DNA from: Myxococcota bacterium
GTDB taxonomy: Bacteria > Myxococcota_A > UBA796 > GCA-2862545
Direction of reading: 5' to 3'
NCBI GenBank assembly: GCA_039208735.1
Contig: JBCCQY010000231.1
Span: 1 to 11,149 of the forward strand
DNA: 11,149 nucleotides
How positions within the stretch are numbered: position 1 is the stretch's first letter; each line of letters starts with the position of its first letter. The position numbers and the translations under genes were made by a program. Positions 1-6,886 of this stretch are shown here, piece after piece. The notes under the pieces are model-generated. The model worked only from the letters and a program-made list of their open reading frames with translations, was not told the origin of the DNA and searched no databases.

Positions 1-208
1 CAGCTTGCAGGAGCGGAGCGACGAAAGCTGGCTGCGTAGGCCTGCAGATGTAGCGCCGAAGGCCAGCAGGAACCAGCTTGCAGGAGCGGAGCGACGAAAG
101 CTGGCTGCGTAGGCCTGCAGATGTAGCGCCGAAGGCCAGCAGGAACCAGCTTGCAGGAGCGGAGCGACGAAAGCTGGCTGCGTAGGCCTGCAGGTGTAGC
201 GCCGAAGG
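1..208. repeat. 73-bp tandem repeat array (REP/BIME-like), about 2.85 copies visible, probably continuing left of the window
   Basis: Units start at 1, 74 and 147. Copies 1 and 2 are identical. Copy 3 has one A>G change (ctgcagAtg to ctgcagGtg) and ends after gccgaagg at 208. Each unit contains an inverted pair (CCAGCTT...AAGCTGG) and mini-hairpins GCGGAGC and GCCGAAGGC. Confidence 0.93.
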
Positions 209-237
209 GATTTGAATCCGCGTCGCGACGCGCTGCG

Positions 238-390
238 TCACTGGCCGATGAACGTGCCCAGGATGTCCCAGAAACTGGCCCCCATGCCACCGCAGATCAC
301 AAGAGCCGGGACTCCGCCGCAAAGAAACGCAGCCACCACGATGAGAATGGCCGCCGCCGAGATTGGCGATCCCGAATCCGATTCACCCAT
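238..390 (-). CDS. small (50 aa) predicted membrane protein, MGESDSGSPISAAAILIVVAAFLCGGVPALVICGGMGASFWDILGTFIGQ
   Basis: The internal ATG at 390 of ORF 238..474 has GGAGG 4 nt upstream and overlaps the stop of the upstream gene (ATGGGTGA). There is a long hydrophobic core. Confidence 0.6.
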   Translation of the reverse strand: MGESDSGSPISAAAILIVVAAFLCGGVPALVICGGMGASFWDILGTFIGQ

Positions 391-2038
391 GCTGCCTCCA
401 ACGACGAACCACAAGCAGCACCAAAAGCCCGAGTCCCCAATTCCAGGGGGACGACAGCGGTGTCGCGCAACCACACGCCGGACCGGGGATCACTGCGATG
501 GCGATCGTGGCCCGTCGCGATGTGTAGGTGCCATCCGAAACGGTGTACGAAAAGGTCTCCCGCGCGACCCAGGGCACGTCGGTGAGCGGGACATACACCA
601 GATTGGGAGGCTCACCTTCGAGCCTCCCAAACTCTGGTTGAGCGTCGACCTCGTACCGAAGAAAAGTGGAATCGGCATCGGTCGCATCCAGGAAGATATC
701 GACCGCGCGGTTCGCGGAAGTCGAGACCTCCACATCCTGAACCACCGGTCCGGACCGACCAAAACGGCTTCCGTCGATGAGCAGGATGCGGTCGTCCGCT
801 CCGTGGGTCCAGGTCGAAACCAGCAGGTCGTGACTGACCGGATCGAACTCGATGCCCCAGGGGCCTCGGCCGAGGCCGGTCGCAAACGGTGCGATGAATG
901 GCTTGCTCGTGCCCAACAGGGGCCGCTCGGTCGATGCATCGATCGGATGGCCCGTATCTGGGTCGATCGCGAGACGATGAATCGCCCCGGCCGACCAGTC
1001 CGTGTACAGCAGATGGCCCGCCCATTCCCCCACCGGAACGAACGCCAACCCTCCCGCCGGTGTGGGCAGCTCGGCAAACGTCGATGCTCGGAACCGTAGA
1101 ACCCGACTTTCGAGCAAGAGATGAAGCTTCGGATCTTGCAGCGTGCTCACGACCCAGTCCTCGAGAACTGGCGATTGAGCAAGTCCTGAAACCGCGTCGT
1201 CGACTCGTAGGACGATGCGGTCCGACGGTGCGTACCCTGCGGTCGGGTCGTTGGGGCGCTCCCGAAGTTCATTCTCGGGCCAGGACGGATACAACAGCCG
1301 ACCAGCAACCCCACGCTCCAGTCCGGCGCTGATCCCGACGGGACCCGAGACGGCCTCGTCGTCGATGCTGCTGAACTCCAACACCGGATCCTCGAGCCAG
1401 CGGATTCGGCCTGCCGCATCGCGCTCGACCGCCAACGAGTACACGGAGCTGTCCAACGTGTCGCTCCCGGCCACGACGAACAGCCGCCTACGATCTTGAC
1501 TAAACAGCATGCCGCCGAGTTTGCCCGGGATCCCTAGATCGGATGCCCAGAACGTGCGCTCGACGGGAAACGCACTGGGCAGTTCGGGGTCGAGGTCAGG
1601 GTCGACCGATGGCGGCACGACCGAAGGACAATCCTGAAGCGGCGTCGTCGCCACGTTGTTGTCTAACTCGGTGTCGGTCTCTGCGTCATGAAGCAAGCGT
1701 ACGCCAAAGTAGGCGAAGCAGGCGGGATCGTGGCTAAACGGAGGTTTTGCCAGGTACGACAGTGTGGCGACCTCTCGCACCCAAAGATCGAGATCCGCGG
1801 ACACTCGGACCGCGGCTTCGTGAGGCCCCTGCAAGTCAGGATCCACCGCAACCAGCCCATCGAGCTGCACCTGGACAGGCCCCGTACGCGTGACTCCCTC
1901 ATTGCGAACGCTGACCTCGAACGCGATCCCCTCGGTATCGAAGCCGAGAAGCTGCACATCGATGACCGACAGTTCAGGCGCCGGTTGCGCCTCAGCCAGG
2001 CCCAAAAAGAGGTGAAAAATCGCCAGCAAACTTGACAT
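383..2038 (-). CDS. secreted/surface protein: CARDB-like domain, beta-propeller-like region, Ig/cadherin-like (Big_9-type) domain and MYXO-CTERM anchor (about 551 aa)
   Basis: Start moved to ATG 2038 (AGGAG 9 nt upstream; signal peptide MSSLLAIFHLFLGLAEA). CARDB-like motifs: FEVSVRNEG...ETDTELDNN. Propeller-like motifs: GGMLFSQD, GGLAFVP, PWGIEFDP. Ig-like motifs: ATDADS..LRYEV..QPEFGRL..LVYVP..FSYTVSDG. C-terminus CGCAT-PWNWGLGLLVLLVV-RRWR. Confidence 0.85.
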   Translation of the reverse strand: MSSLLAIFHLFLGLAEAQPAPELSVIDVQLLGFDTEGIAFEVSVRNEGVTRTGPVQVQLDGLVAVDPDLQGPHEAAVRVSADLDLWVREVATLSYLAKPPFSHDPACFAYFGVRLLHDAETDTELDNNVATTPLQDCPSVVPPSVDPDLDPELPSAFPVERTFWASDLGIPGKLGGMLFSQDRRRLFVVAGSDTLDSSVYSLAVERDAAGRIRWLEDPVLEFSSIDDEAVSGPVGISAGLERGVAGRLLYPSWPENELRERPNDPTAGYAPSDRIVLRVDDAVSGLAQSPVLEDWVVSTLQDPKLHLLLESRVLRFRASTFAELPTPAGGLAFVPVGEWAGHLLYTDWSAGAIHRLAIDPDTGHPIDASTERPLLGTSKPFIAPFATGLGRGPWGIEFDPVSHDLLVSTWTHGADDRILLIDGSRFGRSGPVVQDVEVSTSANRAVDIFLDATDADSTFLRYEVDAQPEFGRLEGEPPNLVYVPLTDVPWVARETFSYTVSDGTYTSRRATIAIAVIPGPACGCATPLSSPWNWGLGLLVLLVVRRWRQHG

Positions 2039-2406
2039 CGAGGCGGACTCCTGACCTGTGGGACAAGCCGAAATACCGGCGTCCCCCCGTATCGTGTCGA
2101 TCCCAGTCGACAAGTTCTAGCGGGTGGCTGAAACCTTCATCTAAATTGATACGCGGAATGTGGCCGCATTTCGGCGCCGCGATGGCTGAAACTTTCCCCC
2201 CTTACATGAAAAAATAGGTGACGGCCGCTTACGCTTAAGATCGCACCTAGGCACTCGATGTCCACAATGTCTTAGGCCATGTAAGTTCAGGTAAGTCGAA
2301 CTCGTCCCGCCACCCGTGGTTCAGTCTGAACGAAACTCACCGGGCGAAAGGCCACCGGCCGCGGGCCTTCGCGTAGCTACCGGTGCGGCCAGACAGGGGG
2401 ACGACG
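2039..2406. promoter_or_regulatory. divergent intergenic promoter region
   Basis: Non-coding gap between divergent genes, locally more AT-rich. Contains repeated CTTA/TAAG words and the palindrome GTTCAG-T-CTGAAC (2319-2331). Exact promoters cannot be assigned. Confidence 0.55.
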
Positions 2407-3483
2407 GTGAACCGAATGTTGCTCATGGCAAGCGTCAGTCTTTTGTGGGCTTGTGCAGAAGCTCCCGAAAGATCGGTCGAAGAACTTGATATCGAGGCAC
2501 TGCTCTCGCAGTGTGGCCCGACTTGGGACGTTCAGGACGTCGAGTCGTACAATGGGACCTTGGGCGTCACCGTGGGATTCGTAAACACCCACGAAGGTCC
2601 CGTAGGCTACCACGTGGACGTGGGCTGCTCGGGCACGCTTATCGCACCCGATTTGTTTCTTTCGGCCGGCCATTGCCAGTACCTCGTCGGTGACACGGTC
2701 CGATTCAACTATCAGGATGATCCCAACGGAAACCCACGCCCCACCACGGATTACACGGTTACCGCCGTGTTGGAACAGGAAAACTCGGCCACCTGGGACT
2801 ACGCCATCGTTCGCCTCAACGGCAACGCGGGCAATACGTTCGGGACAGCGGTGATGCATCACTCGGACTTCGCCTCGGGCAACACGGTGGCGGTGATCCA
2901 GCATCCCAACCGTGTTCCTAAGGTCGTCGATGCGGGTCCGTTGGTCGACTACAACTCGCCCGTTGGGAGCAATTGGTTCCGTCATGCGGTCGATACGGTT
3001 GGTGGAAGCTCGGGCTCGGGCGTCATTGGAAGCAACGGCCGCCTCGTCGGACTGCACACGAATGCTGGCTGCAGCACCGGGAGCAACGTCGCGGGAAACA
3101 ACGCGATGCGCATGTCGCGCCTTTTGGATTACTCGCCCACGCTGCAGAGCATTTTCCCTGGCTGGTCGTACTGCACCCCGGGCGATCCCTGTCCTGACGG
3201 CTTTGGGGACTGCGACTCCAACGCCGACTGTGACGCGGGCACCGTTTGCGTGAATGACGTAGGGGCGAACTACGGTTGGGCCAATACCGTCGACGTCTGT
3301 GAAGGCTCGTCGCAGCCGAGCTGTCCATGGCAGCCCGGTGATTGGAACTATTGCCGAGATTGTGGACCCTGCCTTGCGGGCGAGGGCGACTGCGAGCCCG
3401 GAGAGTGCGCGGCAGGGCTCGTATGCGCCACAGACGTCGGGCCGAACTACGGTTGGGCCGCTGCGGTGGATGTCTGCGAATAG
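2407..3483 (+). CDS. lipoprotein trypsin-like (S1, V8-like) serine protease with two C-terminal Cys-rich repeats
   Basis: GTG 2407 follows GGGGGA (ATG 2416 is an alternative start). Lipobox LWAC. Catalytic triad motifs CSGTLI..SAGHC, WDYAIV and DTVGGSSGSGV, plus LVGLH. C-terminal repeats contain GDC..C..G.VC..DVG.NYGW...VDVCE. Confidence 0.9.
   Translation: MNRMLLMASVSLLWACAEAPERSVEELDIEALLSQCGPTWDVQDVESYNGTLGVTVGFVNTHEGPVGYHVDVGCSGTLIAPDLFLSAGHCQYLVGDTVRFNYQDDPNGNPRPTTDYTVTAVLEQENSATWDYAIVRLNGNAGNTFGTAVMHHSDFASGNTVAVIQHPNRVPKVVDAGPLVDYNSPVGSNWFRHAVDTVGGSSGSGVIGSNGRLVGLHTNAGCSTGSNVAGNNAMRMSRLLDYSPTLQSIFPGWSYCTPGDPCPDGFGDCDSNADCDAGTVCVNDVGANYGWANTVDVCEGSSQPSCPWQPGDWNYCRDCGPCLAGEGDCEPGECAAGLVCATDVGPNYGWAAAVDVCE
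3163..3480 (+). repeat. two intragenic Cys-rich repeats of about 46 aa (3163-3303 and 3343-3480)
   Basis: WSYCTPGDPCPDGFGDCDSNADCDAGTVCVNDVGANYGWANTVDVCE aligns with WNYCRDCGPCLAGEGDCEPGECAAGLVCATDVGPNYGWAAAVDVCE. The 17-mer CGAACTACGGTTGGGCC is identical at 3266 and 3443. Confidence 0.9.
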
Positions 3484-3488
3484 GCTGA

Positions 3489-3514
3489 CACCCGTCGACA
3501 CACGTCGACGAGTG
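3489..3514 (+). other. intergenic hairpin between the protease and TolB-like genes
   Basis: CAC-C-CGTCGAC-acac-GTCGACG-A-GTG. There is no U-tract, so it is more likely an mRNA stability or processing element than an intrinsic terminator. Confidence 0.4.
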
Positions 3515-3550
3515 GCCAAGCGTACGGGGGGACTCCCTCTGGAGTTCACC

Positions 3551-4405
3551 GTGCGCTTTGCTGCTCTGGCCATTCTGGTCGCGTGTGCCGACCCTGAACC
3601 CGACGAGCCGAACTCGGTTCCTACGCCCATGACGGATGAGGTCCCACGCATGGCCTTCGAATCCGCAGGCCGCATCCTCCTCTACGATGGCGTGGAGACC
3701 GTTCCCATTGTCGCGGGCCGTCGGCCGGCGGTGTCTCCGGATGGCACCCAGATCGCCTTTGTGCGCGGGGACGGGACGAACGAAGAGATCTTTGTCGCCA
3801 AGCTCGATGGGAGCGACGTACGGCAACTCACGAACAACGCGCTCGAAGACAGCAAACCTACCTGGTCCCCCGACGGCGCCCAGATCGCATTCGCACGGAC
3901 CGATGACGCCGGTGAGATCTGGACCATCGCGGCGAATGGAAGCGAACCAGCCGTTCAAGTCACCTTCCGAGGTGGCTTGGCCGATGAGCCGACATGGGGA
4001 GTCGAAGGCATCCTCTTCGTGGATGAGGCCGAAGATCCCTGGGTCACCTACCTGATCGGCGCGAACGACGCTGAACCAACCCAACGCCTCGACAACCTCC
4101 AGTACGAAAACGACGTGAGCTGGGGTCCCGACGGCTCGATCGTATTTTCCGCCTTCCTCGACAACAACCAGAACGAAGAAATCTATGTGCTGCCTTCAGG
4201 CAGCGATGAGCGCATCCAGCTCACCACCTTTCCCGGTGAAGACGACGAAGCCGATGTGTCACCGGACGGAACCCAGATCGCCTTCGAGAGCGATCGTGAC
4301 GGGATCCTCGACCTCTACGTCATGGCGGCCGACGGCAGCGACGTACGCCGGCTGATCCCGGATCTGCCCGAGGCAGAGCGCCGACGACCCGCCTGGGTGC
4401 CGTAG
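3551..4405 (+). CDS. TolB-like PD40 beta-propeller lipoprotein (about 284 aa)
   Basis: GTG 3551 has GGAG at 3541. Signal/lipobox MRFAALAILVAC. PD40 repeats: PAVSPDGTQIAF, PTWSPDGAQIAF, VSWGPDG.IVF, VSPDGTQIAFESDRDG..DLYVMAADGS. The TolB N-terminal domain is absent, so it is not called tolB. Confidence 0.9.
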   Translation: MRFAALAILVACADPEPDEPNSVPTPMTDEVPRMAFESAGRILLYDGVETVPIVAGRRPAVSPDGTQIAFVRGDGTNEEIFVAKLDGSDVRQLTNNALEDSKPTWSPDGAQIAFARTDDAGEIWTIAANGSEPAVQVTFRGGLADEPTWGVEGILFVDEAEDPWVTYLIGANDAEPTQRLDNLQYENDVSWGPDGSIVFSAFLDNNQNEEIYVLPSGSDERIQLTTFPGEDDEADVSPDGTQIAFESDRDGILDLYVMAADGSDVRRLIPDLPEAERRRPAWVP

Positions 4406-4408
4406 CGG

Positions 4409-4775
4409 CTACGCAGAATCCTCCATCAACCGTACCGCAGCGGCATCGTGGTCGGCTCGAAAGCCAGCATCTTGACCACGGAACCGAGGACGGACCGTGC
4501 GATGTTCGAAGGGTTCCACCACCTCAGCATCTTCGAGGATCACGAAGTCCGCCTCGGCAACCGAGTGGGCCTCGGCCCAAGCCGCAATCTCCAGGCCTCG
4601 GTCAAAGTCGTCACGGACCGGCGTAGCCCCCACCACATTCACGGTGTTGGACTCATGCCACACAATCGGGATCCATCAATTCATGCTTGCGAGAGTCCAA
4701 CGAGCCTGTGGCGTACCACGCGTCCCAGGTGTCTTCCGTGGCAAGAACCCCATCGATATCTAGAAAAACGTACAT
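4409..4775 (-). pseudogene. disrupted HAD-family protein (Swiss Army Knife RNA-repair-like HAD type), in two frames
   Basis: 4775-4653 encodes MYVFLDIDGVL...MDPDCVA* (HAD motif I, DxDGVL). A different frame, 4663-4409, encodes VVGATP...RGLEIAAW...FVILED...GF, which matches the C-terminal half of this family. The central VxSSxWR segment is missing. Confidence 0.7.
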
Positions 4776-4906
4776 ACGAAATCCGTAACGGAACCCGTGT
4801 TGAAGCTCACCCTGAGATCCTCGATGCGAAACGCGAGACCCTCCTCGCATCGGTGCGTATGGGCGTACTGCACCAACTCCGCACGGGGCATGGCATGATG
4901 TCCGCC

Positions 4907-5380
4907 ATGACGACGCTCGATTGGAAGTTGGATCAAGAGCCGGACCAGCCCGTGGCTTTCGTCCGCCTCGAAGTGGCGCCCGGTGAGGCGGGAACGACCG
5001 TACCGAAGGTCCTTCACCGTCTACGGACGTGGGCCACACAACAGGGCCTTGCGGCCACCCTGCCCTATGGTCGCTTCGTGCAGTGGGACGGGGCGACCGG
5101 AAGTGGCATCATGGAGGTCGGGGTTTGCGTCGATGGCGATGCTCCAGGGCAGGACGACATCGTCCGAGGGCGACTACACGGCGGTCTTGGCGCGTGTGCG
5201 TGGCATGAAGGCGCGTACCACGCACTGCCTCAAACGTGGAAGACGCTGGACGCCCTCGTGAAGGCTCAAGGCCTTCAGGTAAGGGCACCCGGCTACGAGG
5301 TGTATACAAACTTCTTTGACGCCCCGCCCGAGGCAGAGTTGAGAACTCGTGTGGTGCTCCCGGTCGAACCAGCCGAGTGA
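4907..5380 (+). CDS. GyrI-like small-molecule-binding domain protein (about 157 aa)
   Basis: C-terminal part of ORF 4448..5380: QPVAFVR...MEVGVCV...LHGG..ACAWHEGAYHALPQTW..L...GL......EVY......RTRVVLPV. ATG 4895 and ATG 4898 are alternative starts. Confidence 0.85.
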   Translation: MTTLDWKLDQEPDQPVAFVRLEVAPGEAGTTVPKVLHRLRTWATQQGLAATLPYGRFVQWDGATGSGIMEVGVCVDGDAPGQDDIVRGRLHGGLGACAWHEGAYHALPQTWKTLDALVKAQGLQVRAPGYEVYTNFFDAPPEAELRTRVVLPVEPAE

Positions 5381-5393
5381 GTACAGCCTTGGT

Positions 5394-6638
5394 TCACGCA
5401 GCAAAGGACAAGGCGAGGCCCTCACAAACCGTCGTGAACGCCTCGCCACCACGCACTTTCTGGGGCTCAAAGCGGTCTTCGAAGCGAGCCTTGAGGAAGG
5501 GCAACTGAGAGGTTCCACCGGTGAGGAAGACCTCATCAATGTCGGTTTCTCGGCATCCGGCAAGCTCGAGCACCCTGTCGATCGCTGCCTCGTAGGCGTC
5601 GAGGACGGAACCACTGGCTTCGGCAAACGTCGTCCGTTCGACCGGTGCCTCCACATTGAGCCGCGGCGACTCATAGGCGTCGAACACAAAATCCACGGTT
5701 GAACGTTCGGAAAACCCACGTTTGGCACGTTCGATGGCGCGGGCCAAGGGATATCCCAAGTCGTCGAACACCAACTTGCGGACTCGCTCGATACCCACCG
5801 GATCCTCGGTCCGATCCTGAAGATCCTGGAGAAAGCGTTCCAGACGGGGCTCTCGCAGGCGATGCAAGTCGTACAACCGGCGGATTTGACGAAGCCACCC
5901 CGGCGACCAGGCCCGAGCATCCTCGGCTCCCCGAGGGACAAACCGACTGCCTCGACCCATGAAGTCGAGCACGAATGCATCGACGAAGACGCCATCGAGA
6001 ACGTCGCCTGCTTGCGCGACCCCGGATGTGCCGAGGACCCGTTCATCGGAGCGAGGTTGCTTGGGCCCCACTTTTAGAATCGCGAAGTCGGCCGTTCCTC
6101 CACCGAAGTCGCCGACCAACACGATGCGGTCCGCGTCCAGCGTTCGTTCGTAGCGAAGTGCCGCCGCCACCGGCTCGAGCTGAAGGACGGGTTCGGGTAA
6201 GCCGCTGATTCCGATCGCTTCTTTGAGGTTCGCCAACGCTCGCTCATGACGGTCCGCATCGGCATGAAACCGCACCGGCCGTCCGACGACGACCTTTTCG
6301 ATCGGTTCGCCGGCTACAGACTCGGCCCGTTCCGCGAGAAACGTCAAGTAGCGAGCCACGAGATCGACAAACCGCATCGTCTTGTGGCCGATGCGCGTGG
6401 GCGGAACGTCGTGGGGCAGGAATGCCTTCAGGGAGCGCAGGAACCGTCCCCGCAGGTCGCACTCGAGGTAGCGGTCAAACGCCTCGTTGCCGAACGTGAT
6501 GACCCCCGACAGGTCGGAGTGGATGACCGTTCGTTGCGTCCGCTCGCCAGGGACGAGTTCAAGGATTCGCGGCTGTCCGTCGTCGCGCAGGACCGCGACG
6601 GCAGAATTGGTGGTACCGAAGTCAATGCCCAACCGCAT
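5394..6638 (-). CDS. Hsp70-family protein, YegD-like (ATPase domain only, about 414 aa)
   Basis: MRLGIDFGTTNSAVA (phosphate 1), RFLRSLK, VVVGRPVRF, LEPVAAA, DFGGGTADF (phosphate 2), AIERAK, VFLTGGTS, VCEGLA. ATG 6638 has AAGGGG upstream. There is no substrate-binding domain. Confidence 0.9.
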   Translation of the reverse strand: MRLGIDFGTTNSAVAVLRDDGQPRILELVPGERTQRTVIHSDLSGVITFGNEAFDRYLECDLRGRFLRSLKAFLPHDVPPTRIGHKTMRFVDLVARYLTFLAERAESVAGEPIEKVVVGRPVRFHADADRHERALANLKEAIGISGLPEPVLQLEPVAAALRYERTLDADRIVLVGDFGGGTADFAILKVGPKQPRSDERVLGTSGVAQAGDVLDGVFVDAFVLDFMGRGSRFVPRGAEDARAWSPGWLRQIRRLYDLHRLREPRLERFLQDLQDRTEDPVGIERVRKLVFDDLGYPLARAIERAKRGFSERSTVDFVFDAYESPRLNVEAPVERTTFAEASGSVLDAYEAAIDRVLELAGCRETDIDEVFLTGGTSQLPFLKARFEDRFEPQKVRGGEAFTTVCEGLALSFAA

Positions 6639-6886
6639 GGAAGACCCCTTTCGTCGTACAGGACGTGTCATTGGACCGCTCTCATGGGCGGTCGCACTGT
6701 ACTTGTCGCGTAACGCGTCGCGTTCTCAAGAACAGGGGCCGGCCTTGCCTCGACCTTACGCGGTTCAAGGGTCGTCCGCCTTGCTCCGTTTCCGTAGGAT
6801 CTACGCAAGATGTGGGGGTGTACCTGCATTCCTAGGGGAAGGGGGCCCGGGCGTAGGCCTGGGCCACTCACCTAAGAGGAACCAAC

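Noticed and set aside
1..208. CRISPR array
   Set aside because: The units are contiguous and near-identical, with no unique spacers, and there are no cas genes in the window.
196..280. intact tRNA gene on the minus strand
   Set aside because: Only a T-loop/3'-end-like word is present. The T-stem does not pair and no cloverleaf can be built.
151..1099. + strand ORFs 151..585 and 212..1099
   Set aside because: They begin in or next to the repeat and lie antisense to better-supported genes. No recognisable motifs.
2319..2400. hammerhead ribozyme or c-di-GMP (GEMM) riboswitch
   Set aside because: CTGAACGAAAC does not fit CUGANGA-stem-GAAA, and the GEMM P1/P2 consensus is not recognisable apart from a GAAA word.
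3299..3550. 84-aa N-terminal extension of the TolB-like ORF
   Set aside because: It overlaps the protease gene. The RBS and lipoprotein signal point to GTG 3551.
2377..4084. long minus-strand ORFs 2377..3675 and 3023..4084
   Set aside because: Antisense shadows of the protease and TolB-like genes, as expected from GC-rich codon bias. No motifs.
4448..4894. N-terminal half of ORF 4448..5380 as a fusion to the GyrI-like domain
   Set aside because: It is antisense to the HAD remnant and has no HTH or other recognisable domain.
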